A DNA stretch of 64,000 nucleotides from Pseudovirgaria hyperparasitica (taxonomy: Eukaryota). The stretch lies in the NCBI GenBank assembly GCA_010093815.1, contig ML996581.1; one strand, given 5' to 3'. Below the pieces are notes generated by a model. That model made no database searches. It was not told the origin of the DNA and worked only from the letters and a program-made list of their open reading frames with translations. Each line of letters begins with the position of its first letter. Positions within the stretch are counted from its first letter, which is position 1. Below, one piece after another: positions 26,081 to 38,686 of this stretch. The translations under genes were made by a program, and so were the position numbers.

Positions 26081-27730
26081 ATGGACAGACTGACAGCAGA
26101 GCCAGTCCCCAAAGTCATCCAGGACAACATCAAGCATCTCGCCGACCTGCCCGTGAGCGACGATGAGGCCGAGACGAAATTCGCAAGCGAGCGACTCATC
26201 CGGCTCAAGACGGACTTCAGACTGTGCACCATAGCCGGCATCCTCTGCAGCCTCAACCTGCTAGACTCGGGCGTCATCTCGAGCGCATCCGTCACTTCGA
26301 TGCTGTCGGACCTCGGACTCGACCATGGGAACCGCTACTCGGTGTCAATCTTCATCTTCACAATCGCCCAGATCGCCTTCCAGCTCCCCTCGACCATTGC
26401 CGTCCGCACGTTTGGCCCGCGCAGATGGTTCGCCTTCGTCACGTTCTGCTTCGGCCTCGTCACGCTTTGCACGGCTTTTGTGACGAACTGGAAACAGATG
26501 ATCGTGCTCCGCATCCTGCTGGGCATGTCCATGTCGAGCATCTATCCGGGCCTGACGTACCTGATCTCGACCTGGTACACCCGCAAAGAGCAGCAGCTCC
26601 GCTTCGCCTTTCTCCAGAGCGGCGAGGTCATCATCCTCGGCACCGGGAGCATCGTCAACTTCGGCCTGAACCAGCTGAACGGCCGAGGCGGACTCAAGGG
26701 CTGGCAATGGATGTTTCTCGTCCAGGGCCTGATCACCTGTGTCATCGGCTGCGTCACGTATTGGTGGATGATCGACTTCCCGGAGAATGCAAAGGACAGC
26801 TTCTGGTTCCTCACCGAAGAGGAGAGCATCGTGGCCGCCGCCCGGATTGAGCGCGATCGCGGCGATGCCATCATCGAGCGCTTGTCCGTCCGGGGGGTGT
26901 TGATCCATGCCAAGGATCCCAAACTCTACGGCTTCTGCGTCATGTTCTTTCTCCTCAATCTCGTCTCGACCTCGCTCTCGTACTTCCTGCCCATCATCCT
27001 CCAGTCCGGCATGGGCTTCTCGTCCAATCGTGCCATCCTGCTGAGCGCGCCGCCATACTACTATGCCGTCGTCCCTGCCATAATATCAAGCTGGATCGGA
27101 GACAAGTTCCAGATCCGTGGTCCGATCATCACATTCAATGCACTGTCGTTGATCGCCGGGTTCGTGATGCTCGGCTTCAGCAACCAGGTGACAGTCCGCT
27201 ACGTCGGCACCTTTCTGGCTACAGGCGCATATGTCGCAAATTGGGCTGCCCTGAACGCATATCTAGCCAACAACATCACCGGGTCAGTCGCGCCGATCCG
27301 ACCCGACCAGATCATCTACCTCAGCTAACATTATTAAATCAGACAATGGAAACGCGTCTTCACAGCTGCCTCTGTCACAATGTGCAATGGCGCAGGAGGT
27401 ATCGCCGGCAGCTTCATCGTACGACAACCCGAAGCACCGCAATACATGACCGCTGTCTGGGTATCCATCGGGTCTGTCCTCGTTCTTTTTGCCCTGTTCA
27501 TGTCTAGCCAGCCATCTCTCATACTGACCTATCCATCCACAGCTCCCATATCCTGATCATCGCCTGCGTGGCAGCGTTTACATGCTATTTCTTCGTTGCT
27601 AACAGGGCGCAAAGGAAGGGCCTGCGCACTATCGAAAGAACTGTAAGTTTTGATTGCCTGCGAAAGCGTCACAATAGGGGGGTCCGGAGCTAATAATCCC
27701 CGTCAGCAAGGCTTCCGCTATACATACTGA
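26081..27730 (+). CDS. MFS transporter, anion:cation symporter (allantoate/nicotinate permease-like) family
   Basis: Introns 27283-27342, 27472-27542 and 27643-27706 splice in frame. Motifs: YLISTWYTRKEQQLRFA, GLKGWQWMFLVQGLIT, NNITGQWKR and the C-terminal GFRYTY*. Confidence 0.9.
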
Positions 27731-28476
27731 TCTCAAACTAAACACAATACTAACAAGCTTCTTTCCTCATCTTCATGTCCCTTTTTTTCCCGTCTGATGC
27801 GCACCTGATCCCAAGCCTAGTTCCCAGCAGGCATTTCGAATGCGTCGTCCTTTTGAAAATGTGTGCCTCGCCAATGGTGCCTGAGTCTACGCGTCACGAA
27901 TGAATGAATGTATCCTCGCTCATTAACACATGCCTATATACCCGAACCACGCCACTGCTTTGTTCATACTGCAACTTTCCTCATGCATTGCAGACGTGTC
28001 GAAATGTTAGATGCTATCTAAGTGGTAACGGGCTTTAATTGGAGTTTGTATATCATACTCCACCTCTGAACGCGCTTCTCCGAGTCGTGTATGTTATAGA
28101 GGTACTAGTGACGGCAGAAGCACGGAGGTCCGTTCACATTCACCTCTAGACACTGTCACATACAACATCACAAGCAGTCAGGCACGGCCAGGCAAGTAAT
28201 TGGCAGGCATAGTTTTCGATGGCTAACTAGTTATACACTCCCTACACCCATCCATATTCCCTCCTCCTCTGCACCTTACTATAGCCAGCCCTATGTAGCC
28301 GTTTTGCATAACTGTTCTCGTCGTGTGCGACGAAGATCATCTAGGTTCCTAGATAAAGTATATATGTTAGTAGATGCCAGATAGATGTACAATTGGGAAG
28401 CAACGATACGCTTCCTCTGGACGCCCCAACACCCCTTGCTGCTTCCTTCCATATGAAACGCCCCCAGATGACCCTC

Positions 28477-31400
28477 TTACACCAAGATATCTAGCTCGAA
28501 CCGTGGCAGCTTGGCGTCGTCCATGACAGGATAGTATGGAACCATGCTGTCGGCCTGCTGCACATATGTGCTGTTGTAAAGTCGCCAGTACGGAACCCTG
28601 ACCTTGCGCGCTGGGTGGAACAGACCAGCCCACACGTAATTCATTACCAGACCGGGGCCAACAGCCATACGAACGGCATCAATGGCCTCGATGATGCGGT
28701 CAATGACATGGGGACTAGTCTCGAACAAATTCGGGTACAGAAGGTTGAGCAAATGTAACATGGCGTCTTCGCAACCTAGACCAACAACACCGAGCGCAAC
28801 GTGCTTGACAACTGAGGCTGCAGTCTGTCTATGGACTTGATCGCGGTCGATGAGAGCGTCTTCCAGGAGCGGCGTAACGGCGTAGACGTAGTCCTTGGCC
28901 ATTTCACCGATGTATTCGAACAGGAAAGAGAGGGATTTGAGGACACCGTTCTGGACGTTAAGTTCGGGCACGCGGTATTCGTTCATAAGAGCCGGAAGGA
29001 CCGTGAACGGTGCGCATGTCTCGGCTACAATGCCGATGGCCACGGCGGTACACACACGAGACTGGCGTTCTTGAACACGCAGATTGTTGAGGAGTGTGGC
29101 GAGAACATCCTGCGGACCGATGGCCTTGGCAATGAAACCAAACGTGTTGTTGGCTGCGCGACGGATTCCCTTCTTGTGCGCCTTGAGCATGTCGAGCAGT
29201 TCGAAGCAAATACGCATCCACTCACGCGCGTTGACAGCTTCAGGTCCTCTGTCAGCGATACGTCCTACCAGATCAATTGTATTTTCCTGCACTTTCTCGT
29301 GTCGATTTCGCAGAATGGGTGTCAGGCGCGGAAGAAGGTCTTTAATTGGAGGCTGCATTGTAGAAAGACCAACAACAGTGACAATGGATCTCAGAGCCCC
29401 GAGGATGGAGCCGAGAACCTCTGGATACTCTTCACCAAGATACTCATAAAGGACTGTGCTCAACTTTCCGAGAAGACCATCTTCACCACACTGACTCATG
29501 ATAGGCGCAATGCGAGAGATAAGATCTGCAGACTGTTGACGCACCGGTGCAGACTTGTGGTTGAGCCTCCACAGGATGGTGCTGACAATCTGTGGCAGAT
29601 ACTTCTTGCAGCGAATACCCAGAGCGTTCACGACGGTGCCGAAACCGTTCAGCATGATGATGTCTTCTACACTCTGTTCTTGGAACGAATGCAAGATTCC
29701 GTCAATCAACTCCTCTTCAAGTCGCTCGGTGACGTCGGCTGCACCAAGGCCTGCAATGATCTTTTCGATGGTCTCCACCGCCATCTTGCGGTATGCTTCG
29801 CTCTCATCTTTCAAATTCTTGACAATCCTAGAGATGATCTCACCAGCACCAACCTTCTGCCCGAGGTCAACGGTGGTGTCTACGACTTGGCGATAGTTGC
29901 GCTTGTCGAGAGCCATGCGTCGTACCCAGAAGCTTTTGAAAAAGTCATCCAACACCGTCTCTTTCAGATATCCAGCCGTGACACCAGCGGTGCTAGAACA
30001 TTGAGAGACAACTTTCAGTACCACCTTCTTCATCTCTTCGTCGGGCGACGAGAATTCTCGGATGAGGATCTCCATGATAACACTGGTGTAGTAATTGGCA
30101 TATTCTTCGTCCATCAGAGGAATGATATAACCAATGGCTTTCAGGAATCCGGCCAACCCTTTACCACGTTGCTTGCGAGCTCCCATCCAAAGGGGGTTGA
30201 GAATGGCATCGAAGCTTTCGATACCGTAGGGATTGGACGCCTCGGCGAGAGCGGCGATAGCAAGACTGGTCACTGTCCTCACCTTGGCCTGCTCGTCGTT
30301 GAGATTATCAGCGATACAATCTACCAGCTGCTTCAAATGTGGTAGAACGGCACATCCCATTAAAATAGGAATCTGCTGAATAATCTTGACGCCAGTGTGT
30401 CGTGCCTGCCACGACTTTCGACTCTTACAAACGGCATTGAGAAAGGGTAGAAGTGGGGGAATGGTCAGCGCGGATGCGACGACAGCGAAAGCTCTAGCAG
30501 TGGTATTTCGGACGTATTCGTCGGCGTGATCAATATCTGGACGCATAGTACTGATCATGTGGGCCAGACCAGCAGCCTTGCTGAGATTGGAGATGATTTC
30601 ACGACCTTCAACGCGAGCATAATAGTCCTGGTCGATTAGGAGAGGCTCAATGACGACCAGAATTTTGTGCACGAATGGGCGAACAAGGTCATCGAGCTTG
30701 TAAAGAACGCGATCAATGACTTTGACCAGAAGATGGCGTTCTTGGTCTTCAAGTGTCTTTTCCATTAGGAGGGGAAGAATTTGGTTGAATAGAGCACCAG
30801 CCCCAAATTGGCGCGCGTTGTCAGTGATCTGACGCAGAGCTGTCTTTCTCATGGGGGGCGTTCCGTTCTTGACCTTGAGTAGTAGTCGCATGATCTTGCG
30901 CTCCTTCAACTCCTCCACAGACAATTCATTCTCTTCAGCGCCGTCCACGAGTTTGCCAAAGTATTGCATGTCCTCGGCCTTGAAGAATTGTAGATCACCA
31001 ACGCCAGGGATATCTGTTGGTAGCTGCTTGCCCATGGATCTCGGATCTTCAGATTGCTGGTTCATGAAGCCACCCGTCGCTGCGGCAGGAGTCGGTAACA
31101 GCCGCCTGGCGGCAGCAGGCAGAGGCTCATAGCCTGGTGGAGGATCCAAAATCTTATATCCTTCGTTGGGTAGCATCTCATTAAGCTCCTCGTCGCTCAA
31201 TGACATATTTCGACCGGATATATCTGTTCCAAAGGACATCATCTGCGATGGATGCATTGGTGTCGCGAGCCCCGCACCACTTGCAGGCGTAGCTGTAACG
31301 AGGGCTGGAGCCAGATCCCATCGAGACCGCTTCGCTGGTGCAGCACCAGGCGCTGGAATCTCATCCCATCGAGACTTCTTAGGCTTCACGTCCTCCATCT

Positions 31401-32175
31401 GGACATCTTCAGACACCTTCTCTTCCGTAGATACGTCCCATCTCCGCTTCCTTTTCTTCTCTGCAGATACCGCGACTGTGGAGCCGGCTTCGGCATTCTC
31501 TTTGTCACTAGGGCCCTTTAGAGTTGGAGAGTGGTGTGTGTCACCATTTTCGCCGTTCTGCTCCTTTTGTTCGATCGCCTTTCTGACACGTTCTTCCTCT
31601 TGTTCGACCTCGCGCATAGCCATGATCTCTCTGTAAGACTGACCATTCTCTTCGACACCGGCCTGGCGATTTTCCGCAAACGGGTCTGCACGGGTTGGGG
31701 TAAGGACTCGTCGTTCCATGCCCTTGCGTTGGTAATCGGACTGTCTCGAAGCAATCTGAGCTTGCTTCTCACGTGTCACCAAGATATCTGCTTCTTCTGT
31801 CCCGCCATTGGCAAACTCCTCCCTCTGTGCGGTAGTTGCAGTGTATTGACCAACCAGATTCCTACCCGAGTCACCATCAGCGTCTTCCATCTCTTCGTCT
31901 TCTTCATCGTTGACCGCGATGGATGTATTGTAGCCCGCGAATTTGTCAAGCCCATTGCGTTCATAGAGCTCAGTATCGAAGGTATCAGTCAATGAAGCCT
32001 TGGTCGAAGTGTCAGTCCTCTGGGTGGTCGGATCAAAGGCTTTTGAACCTTTCTTTCCCGCAGCTTTTGCGGCATTGCGCTCTCTCTGCGCTTGCAGGAC
32101 TTGGTCGGCGGCTGTAGGTGGCGTAGTCAGAAAATTGTCATGAGCGAAGTTCTGATGCAGCTTACCGTCCGACAT
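28477..32175 (-). CDS. SF3B1: U2 snRNP splicing factor 3B subunit 1 (Hsh155/Prp10)
   Basis: ATG 32175, intron 32112-32165, RWD (ULM) repeats, and conserved HEAT region [40 protein letters not shown]. Confidence 0.97.
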   Translation of the reverse strand: MSDGKLHQNFAHDNFLTTPPTAADQVLQAQRERNAAKAAGKKGSKAFDPTTQRTDTSTKASLTDTFDTELYERNGLDKFAGYNTSIAVNDEEDEEMEDADGDSGRNLVGQYTATTAQREEFANGGTEEADILVTREKQAQIASRQSDYQRKGMERRVLTPTRADPFAENRQAGVEENGQSYREIMAMREVEQEEERVRKAIEQKEQNGENGDTHHSPTLKGPSDKENAEAGSTVAVSAEKKRKRRWDVSTEEKVSEDVQMEDVKPKKSRWDEIPAPGAAPAKRSRWDLAPALVTATPASGAGLATPMHPSQMMSFGTDISGRNMSLSDEELNEMLPNEGYKILDPPPGYEPLPAAARRLLPTPAAATGGFMNQQSEDPRSMGKQLPTDIPGVGDLQFFKAEDMQYFGKLVDGAEENELSVEELKERKIMRLLLKVKNGTPPMRKTALRQITDNARQFGAGALFNQILPLLMEKTLEDQERHLLVKVIDRVLYKLDDLVRPFVHKILVVIEPLLIDQDYYARVEGREIISNLSKAAGLAHMISTMRPDIDHADEYVRNTTARAFAVVASALTIPPLLPFLNAVCKSRKSWQARHTGVKIIQQIPILMGCAVLPHLKQLVDCIADNLNDEQAKVRTVTSLAIAALAEASNPYGIESFDAILNPLWMGARKQRGKGLAGFLKAIGYIIPLMDEEYANYYTSVIMEILIREFSSPDEEMKKVVLKVVSQCSSTAGVTAGYLKETVLDDFFKSFWVRRMALDKRNYRQVVDTTVDLGQKVGAGEIISRIVKNLKDESEAYRKMAVETIEKIIAGLGAADVTERLEEELIDGILHSFQEQSVEDIIMLNGFGTVVNALGIRCKKYLPQIVSTILWRLNHKSAPVRQQSADLISRIAPIMSQCGEDGLLGKLSTVLYEYLGEEYPEVLGSILGALRSIVTVVGLSTMQPPIKDLLPRLTPILRNRHEKVQENTIDLVGRIADRGPEAVNAREWMRICFELLDMLKAHKKGIRRAANNTFGFIAKAIGPQDVLATLLNNLRVQERQSRVCTAVAIGIVAETCAPFTVLPALMNEYRVPELNVQNGVLKSLSFLFEYIGEMAKDYVYAVTPLLEDALIDRDQVHRQTAASVVKHVALGVVGLGCEDAMLHLLNLLYPNLFETSPHVIDRIIEAIDAVRMAVGPGLVMNYVWAGLFHPARKVRVPYWRLYNSTYVQQADSMVPYYPVMDDAKLPRFELDILV

Positions 32176-32504
32176 GGTGAATCTTTGCGAGTTCCCCTGT
32201 ATTGATGAAGTTTTCACTGTATGTGAGATCGCCAACGATAGCTTGCGCGATTCAGCCCATGTGGTTGAGGTTGATGATGGCGGTGCTGAGGTGAAGAACC
32301 CGCGAGGAGGCAAGCTTCACATACTCAGCGCGACGTCGAGGTCACGTGTGACGCGTCGGCGCCAAGCCAAATCTTATTTGTATCAACAGCACAGTATATT
32401 GGACACCCACGGTTTCGCAGTGGAGTAATGAATGAGTGATGTTTCTGCGTTCTTCATAATATAATATTGAATACTCAAATAATATAAGCACCTCGTGATA
32501 AAAT

Positions 32505-33416
32505 CTATAGGAAGCCACCACCAGAAAACTTTGATCCAAAATCCGCAGCACGGTTCATCAGTTCTTTACGCTGTGCATGTCCCAATTTCAACCCGACACC
32601 CATGTCTTTCTCCCGATCAAAGGCACGTTTGCTTGGATCGTCTTCTTCGACAGTATTGCGCTCTTTGTGCTGCATGTATAGGGACTCACCACGACTCTTG
32701 TCCTGCCGAGAGTTAGACATTGCATATAATCATGCTATACACAGACTTACTAGGTTTTCTTTGATCTTGCGAGCCCTCTGCTCCTCACGACTCTTGCTCT
32801 TGCGACTAGAGTCTGAGCTTCCAGCAGTTGCCGGTTCTGTGATGCCGAGAACTTCATTCTGTAGCCTCCTTTGTTTCTGCTCTGCCGTCTCCGTCCATAG
32901 AGAGCTGCCGCCACCTGCATCTCCAGCTTTTGCACCCTTGCCTGTGTTAAACTTCCGTGCGCGTATCTTCGTCGGATCCATTCGAGCGGCAAGATCATCC
33001 TGTTTGGGAGGTAGCATCATCCACTCATCTCTTTGAGGCTTCTTCTCTGAGGTGTGACATTGCATTTTCTCAGCTGCTGGTAGTTTGTCTTCACGATAAT
33101 CAGTCTGGAATATGTCAGCTGTGATAGTATGAGACGTCGTTGAGATACGTACTGCAGACTCATCACCAGTGGGTAGCGCTGGGCCGAAGTCATCATCACT
33201 GCTACTACTGTCGTCGACTTCAGGGCTACGGGGCGGTAACTCATCTAGAGGTGCAGGTGGTGGTGCAGGGCCTACTATTCTTCTCCGCTTCTCGCCTGCA
33301 TCGGGACTTGGGCGCGCATCGCCTTTTGGGATGGCTTTGGCAGTGGTTTGCTCCTCTGCTTGCCTCTTTCGCTTTGCAAGAAGGTGTGGTGGTAGCTCAG
33401 GGCCGATCGAGGACAT
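32505..33416 (-). CDS. GPALPP motif-containing protein (DUF3752)
   Basis: MSSIGPELPPHL, GPAPPP, DDDFGPALP, RDEWM..PP, SLWTET, and after intron 32703-32750 RGESL..H..RAFDREKD..FGSKFSGGGFL*. Probable in-frame intron at 33105-33152. Confidence 0.88.
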
Positions 33417-33885
33417 GGTAGCCAAATGAAGGCGAGGATGATGAGTGTGTTCGGTTTGTAGTATGGCGCAGGAGTCCTCTCTTAGGTGGAGCAACCGGGT
33501 GGAGCTTTGGAGCTTGGGTTGTCTTAGCGCAGCGTCCAACCATCCGGAGGATATCGGCCTCTCTAAAGATAGCATCAGCATCAACTTCGTGTAGGCAGCA
33601 AGCTACAGCTAGGTGTGCGAGCTTCGAAAGCCGCAATTACGTATCACTTGTGAGTTTGAACATTCTGTAGTAAAGCGCCACAATATATACTGAGCAATTA
33701 GCATAAGTCGAAACAACTGAGGAACATCACCGGCGCCGTCATTCGCCGCACTGATAGTCAAACCCGGTACACGGATTGCATTCTCGTAGACATCTAGAAT
33801 TTGACGCACGTCGTCAGTACCTGGATCGCCTCCATACTAAGCTATAGAGTATTGGTGGAGCTATGCGCTCTCACCCGAAGTCCCC

Positions 33886-36800
33886 ATGAGCTCCGTTCCT
33901 GGGGAGAACAGCGCCGAGAACAAGGAGCCAGACAGCGGAGAGGAGACGATAGGCTCGGTTGAAGAGCCGAATGAGGGATCTGAAGAGTCGTCAGCAGGCC
34001 GTGGGCATAATGGAGAGATTGATGATGTGCCACAACTTGGACAGGATGTCCACGGAGGATTCTTCGAGACGTTTCAATCTGAAGAGAAGGACACGAATGG
34101 ATATGGTACTTCCGGCACTCCACGTATACCTTCTGTGAAAACGCCAATAAGTCCGGAAGCCTCCGTGTCAACACCGGACGATACGCCATCAATACAAGGC
34201 TCTCTACTGTCTTCGCCCAGTAGCAGCGTTCCCGCATCGCATGCTTCAGCGAGCCGGGGGCATCACCGCCCGTCGCTGAAACCCTTTGAAAGAAGATTCT
34301 CGTCTAGGCTATCGCTATCGCCTTTACCTTCCCCACGTTCACAGACACCTACATTCCTAGCTCCTCACTCAAGACAATCATCGATTTCGTCCCAGCTCGT
34401 ACCATCTCGCGATGAGTCGGAGACACCACAACCGCCCTGGGAGGTAGTCAGATGGACTAAACTGAAAAGGATATCCGGACAAGTGTTCTCAGAAGTTGGG
34501 AAGAGGAACTTTGGCCGCGCTACCTGTTTGTGCGTTGCTGCATCAATCATTATTGGAACTTCAAAGGGCTTTATCTTGGTTTTCGATTACAACCAAGTAC
34601 TCAAATCGATCATTGGTCCAGGAACTAAGGCTATAGAATGTGGAAGTATCACGTCTCTTGCAATTTCTGCGGACCATTCCACCGTTGCTGGGGGCCATGC
34701 CGATGGCAACATCTTTACCTGGGAACTCGCCAGACCTGCGAAGCCTTTCTTGCACATCCCTCCATTGGACCGTGCTCAACTCGATGATAGACGAAGCGAT
34801 GGTCATATATCAGGCGTTGCTATTCTCCATTTGGGTTTTTTGGCTACTCGCCACACCGCATTGGTCTCTGCAGACGATGCTGGCATGGCGTTTTCACATC
34901 TAGCGACCAGAGGACTGGGCGTCGTGGCAAGATCTATCAAGACTACCCGTGTTTTAGGACGCTATCCAGTCAACAACGGCACTTTTGATCGGCCAAGAAA
35001 ACCTAGTTCTGTTCTAGCTTTCGCTCCGCTTCCCCTCGGGAATGTGGAACAAGCAACAGACACCTTAGGGCTGACTGCTCTCCTGACTCCCTACCTCTTG
35101 GTGATTGTATCTACCACACCCATTGCCCAAACGCAACACAAGTCATCCAGGCCTAAGGAGCTAGCACCGCACAGTACTCTAAGCGGTTGCCTTGCTTGGT
35201 TTCCTGCCGTGCGACTGAAAAATAGAAACTCGGGGGAACCACAAGTGTCAAAGACGAAATTGGCTTACTGTTGGTCCAACATTCTTACTATTCTAGATGT
35301 AGAATCTGCAGAAAACGCGGACGAAGGAAAACCTGCAGATTTAGATTTCCAGCCGCGCAGCCGTTGGAGATCGGAAGAGGCAATTGTTGCTATACAGTGG
35401 CTGAGCCGCTCCGTCTTGGGCGTTTTGACGATCAGTCAACGACTGGTCATTCTGGAAGACGTATCAATCAGAATGACAGATACATTCGATCTAATACAGA
35501 AGCACATCTTTCATCAAGACTTGTTCTCAAAGCAGTTGCAGCCTGTAGTGGAACAACTGGATGAAGAAGACGCGTCCATGCATGGAGTTGTGGCGGATGC
35601 TTTTTATATGAGCTTCAGAGCTTACAAAAGCAGGCTGTTCCTTCTAGGTTTCAATGATGTCTCGATAGGAACACTGTCTAACTGGGCCGACCGTTTGCTT
35701 GCACTGATGGATGAGGGCGATGTCATCGCAGCCTTGGAGTTGGCAACCTCATATTACAATGGTGATGCGGACAAGCTGACTGTTGGACTTCCGGAGGACG
35801 ATGGTGCTCGACATGGCCTTGTTGAAGAGAAGTTGCTCCCCATGATATCCGCATCTTTGCGATATACTTTCAGCCGAGAAGAGAGCTATAGCGATCAGGA
35901 TCAAGCGTTGAGCCATAGGAAACAACTTGCCTCAATATGTTTCATAGCTTGTCTCAGTATGGACCAGCTGGAAGTCCTTTTCGAGGAAATCTATGAAGCC
36001 TTCGAGAGCGGCGACTGCGAGGGCATCTTCTATGAAACCCTTGAGCCTTATATACTCGATGGGCAGATCAAATCGGTCCCACCAGACGTTCTGAAGTCGA
36101 TGATAACGTACTATGCGTCGGGAAATCTAGCCACAAGAATTGAAGAAGTTATCATTCGCCTTGAGACATTGACAATGGATATCGACCAGGTCACTACACT
36201 ATGTCGTCAGTATAGCCTTTACGATGCACTTATCTACGTGTGGAATCAGGCACTCGGAGACTATGTAACTCCATTAGTCGATCTCATGGACCTTATCAAG
36301 CTACTCGTTCACGATGAAACAGGTGATGGGCAGATGGAGAGCTTATATCATGAATCAGCAATGAAGGTCTTTCCATATCTGGCATATTCGTTGACCGGAC
36401 GTATCTATCCAGGCGGGCTTTTCATGGAAGATGAGACAGCTTTGAGAGCAAAAAACGAGCTCTACAGCCTCGTGTTTGCTAGTACAACCAAGGAGTGGCC
36501 GATAGGAAGTAAAACAAAGATCCGCACCCAGATTGGTAGATCAGCTGAGCCTGCCTTTCCCTACCTGAGCCTGTTACTGGAGTTCGACTCGGCTAGCTTT
36601 ATGAGTATGCTCAATGAAGCGTTCGAGGATTCCTTCCTAGATAGAGATTCTGACGCGAACGGTACTGTCAGCCAGGCGAACGGCAATTCACCATCGCCTT
36701 CGTTGGTCGCAACTCGACAGTATGTCATCAACATCTTACTCAGAGTCATCACACCAGAAGCCTATGATGCGGAAGATCGGATATTCTTTCTCATGTTTCT

Positions 36801-38610
36801 GGCCCGAAATCTGGCCAAATACCAGCATGCACAGACAATCAATCTTCCAGGTTCTACGCTTTATGGTATCTTGGTTGGTCTCTGTCAGTATCCCAATGTG
36901 GAGATCAAGGAAGATTGCCAGCTAAGCGTGGAGTACCTGTTATCTGTTTATCAACCGTCAGACCTCCCAAAGATCATTGCACTATTCGAAGAAGCTGGTT
37001 TCCACCGAGTCCTAAAATCGATATACCGAAAAACGAAACAGTACCCAGAACTGTTGATTGCTTATCTGAAAGACGATGATGACAAGGAGGCGATATTTGA
37101 ATGCATTAGTTCATGCCTTAGGTTAGAAAGCAGCATGACGAAACGACAAGTATCTGAGTTTCAAAACGCCCTCGTCGCCCATTCACACGAGCTTGCTAGC
37201 ATCAACGCACATAGAACAGCTCAGATTGTGAAGACTCATGTAGCGCATCTACTCGAACCAATCATTTCAACCCTGAGCAATGAGCCTGAGCTTCAGTACA
37301 GATTTCTACAAGCGTTGATCGAACCAGTTTATAGAGGAGACATTGATCAGCGAGCAATACGGCATGATCAGCCTCAGGCTGTCACCGGGCTTTATGTCCA
37401 ATTGATGTGTCGATTCGACCCGACCCGCGTGTCTGACTTCGTCGGACTGTTGAACTCTGGCGATCTGCAGCTCGATGCTGTCCTCCCAGCACTTGAGAAA
37501 GGGGGCGTCATTGACGCAGCTGTGGTCCTCATGGCGCGCGACGGTCTCGTTCAGAAAGCCATGCAAAGACTTGTGGCTCATCTCAGCACTCTAGGCAAAG
37601 CACTTACAGGCCTCATCGCCGCATCAGAAGAGAGCCCCGATGCGCAAAGTACAGAAGAGTCGATCGAAGCTCTCCTTGAAGAAGTTGAGAAGTACTGCAA
37701 AGTGGGTATCTGGCTGTGTCAAGGCCAAACCAAATCTAGACAAACACGCCCTACGCACAAAGACGAGCGCAAGCTCCTATCCCGTGCCACAGAACAAGAC
37801 CTCGACCCTGACGAACTCCTCTGGCTCGACCTTCTCGATGCCATCGTCACCCTATCCCGTAACGTTATATCCGCCACCGACGACCTGCAGACCCCCTACG
37901 CTATCGATACGACTAAGATATCGTCCACTCTCCGCTCCTCAATACAAGCATCCTTCAGTGCCCTGCTCGCCGCGACAACACCCTCGTCTACCCCATCCTC
38001 CAAATCTCAAACTACACAAGTACTTCATCATCCGTCCTTCCTCCTCATCCTTCGGTCCTTCCTTACCCGCGCATCTTCCACAGCGCCATCGCTCGCTCAC
38101 CTGCGCTCCGTCCTCAGCTCTATATTCGCCACCTACGCACACGAAGAAACCATCCTGTCGCTCGCAGGCCGCTTCCTTGATGCCGATGCATTCGCACATG
38201 TCGCTGAGCTCCAAGAGCGCAGAGGCCAGGGCTGGCGTCCACGTGGACAGGCGTGTGAGGGATGTAGGAGGCGAGCGTGGGGACCTGGTGCAGGAGGTGA
38301 CATATGGCAGAAATGGGAACGGAGGCAAGGCGCGGAAGAAAAGAGGAGGCGGGAGAAGATGAATCCTGGATTCAAGGGGACGAGGGGGAAGGCAAGGGAG
38401 GTTGTTGAAGCTGAAGAAGAAAGAGTTGAGGATACGAACAAGGAGAGCCCGGGCCCGTTGGTGGTTTTTGCGTGTCGGCATCTGTGGCATCGGGGTTGTT
38501 TGGACAAAGCGCAAGGACCGGGCAGTGATGCAGGGCAAGTAGCTTCGTCGGCGCAAACCAGAATTGCAAATGATGCCAGACAGGCTCTTACGTGTCCGCT
38601 ATCACATTAG
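33886..38610 (+). CDS. VPS8: CORVET complex subunit Vps8
   Basis: Intronless 1574-aa ORF. Contains PWEVVRWTKLKRI, a WD-like propeller (ITSLAISADHSTVAGGH), a central domain LYDALIYVWNQALGDYVTPL, and a degenerate C-terminal RING (CEGC..FACRHLWHRGCL..CP). Confidence 0.92.
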   Translation: MSSVPGENSAENKEPDSGEETIGSVEEPNEGSEESSAGRGHNGEIDDVPQLGQDVHGGFFETFQSEEKDTNGYGTSGTPRIPSVKTPISPEASVSTPDDTPSIQGSLLSSPSSSVPASHASASRGHHRPSLKPFERRFSSRLSLSPLPSPRSQTPTFLAPHSRQSSISSQLVPSRDESETPQPPWEVVRWTKLKRISGQVFSEVGKRNFGRATCLCVAASIIIGTSKGFILVFDYNQVLKSIIGPGTKAIECGSITSLAISADHSTVAGGHADGNIFTWELARPAKPFLHIPPLDRAQLDDRRSDGHISGVAILHLGFLATRHTALVSADDAGMAFSHLATRGLGVVARSIKTTRVLGRYPVNNGTFDRPRKPSSVLAFAPLPLGNVEQATDTLGLTALLTPYLLVIVSTTPIAQTQHKSSRPKELAPHSTLSGCLAWFPAVRLKNRNSGEPQVSKTKLAYCWSNILTILDVESAENADEGKPADLDFQPRSRWRSEEAIVAIQWLSRSVLGVLTISQRLVILEDVSIRMTDTFDLIQKHIFHQDLFSKQLQPVVEQLDEEDASMHGVVADAFYMSFRAYKSRLFLLGFNDVSIGTLSNWADRLLALMDEGDVIAALELATSYYNGDADKLTVGLPEDDGARHGLVEEKLLPMISASLRYTFSREESYSDQDQALSHRKQLASICFIACLSMDQLEVLFEEIYEAFESGDCEGIFYETLEPYILDGQIKSVPPDVLKSMITYYASGNLATRIEEVIIRLETLTMDIDQVTTLCRQYSLYDALIYVWNQALGDYVTPLVDLMDLIKLLVHDETGDGQMESLYHESAMKVFPYLAYSLTGRIYPGGLFMEDETALRAKNELYSLVFASTTKEWPIGSKTKIRTQIGRSAEPAFPYLSLLLEFDSASFMSMLNEAFEDSFLDRDSDANGTVSQANGNSPSPSLVATRQYVINILLRVITPEAYDAEDRIFFLMFLARNLAKYQHAQTINLPGSTLYGILVGLCQYPNVEIKEDCQLSVEYLLSVYQPSDLPKIIALFEEAGFHRVLKSIYRKTKQYPELLIAYLKDDDDKEAIFECISSCLRLESSMTKRQVSEFQNALVAHSHELASINAHRTAQIVKTHVAHLLEPIISTLSNEPELQYRFLQALIEPVYRGDIDQRAIRHDQPQAVTGLYVQLMCRFDPTRVSDFVGLLNSGDLQLDAVLPALEKGGVIDAAVVLMARDGLVQKAMQRLVAHLSTLGKALTGLIAASEESPDAQSTEESIEALLEEVEKYCKVGIWLCQGQTKSRQTRPTHKDERKLLSRATEQDLDPDELLWLDLLDAIVTLSRNVISATDDLQTPYAIDTTKISSTLRSSIQASFSALLAATTPSSTPSSKSQTTQVLHHPSFLLILRSFLTRASSTAPSLAHLRSVLSSIFATYAHEETILSLAGRFLDADAFAHVAELQERRGQGWRPRGQACEGCRRRAWGPGAGGDIWQKWERRQGAEEKRRREKMNPGFKGTRGKAREVVEAEEERVEDTNKESPGPLVVFACRHLWHRGCLDKAQGPGSDAGQVASSAQTRIANDARQALTCPLSH

Positions 38611-38686
38611 AAAAGGGGCTTAGGTGGTTTCGTCATGTACATCAAGCGTAGCGTGTATTCATCAGTCTTCTACTCTATTTCCTTTC

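Noticed and set aside
12551..27730. Secondary-metabolite cluster (MFS, aminotransferase, zinc finger, MFS)
   Set aside because: There is no backbone enzyme (PKS, NRPS or terpene synthase), and the genes are interleaved with housekeeping genes such as OST2, TMEM14 and the RTC4-like gene.
28831..30345. 504-aa ORF antisense to SF3B1
   Set aside because: It is codon-aligned with a highly conserved gene on the other strand. Stop avoidance is explained by sense-strand codon usage, and the product is not protein-like.
32176..32313. N-terminal extension of SF3B1 given in the ORF track
   Set aside because: It begins at a non-ATG codon. The ATG at 32175 with a canonical intron gives the expected MSD start.
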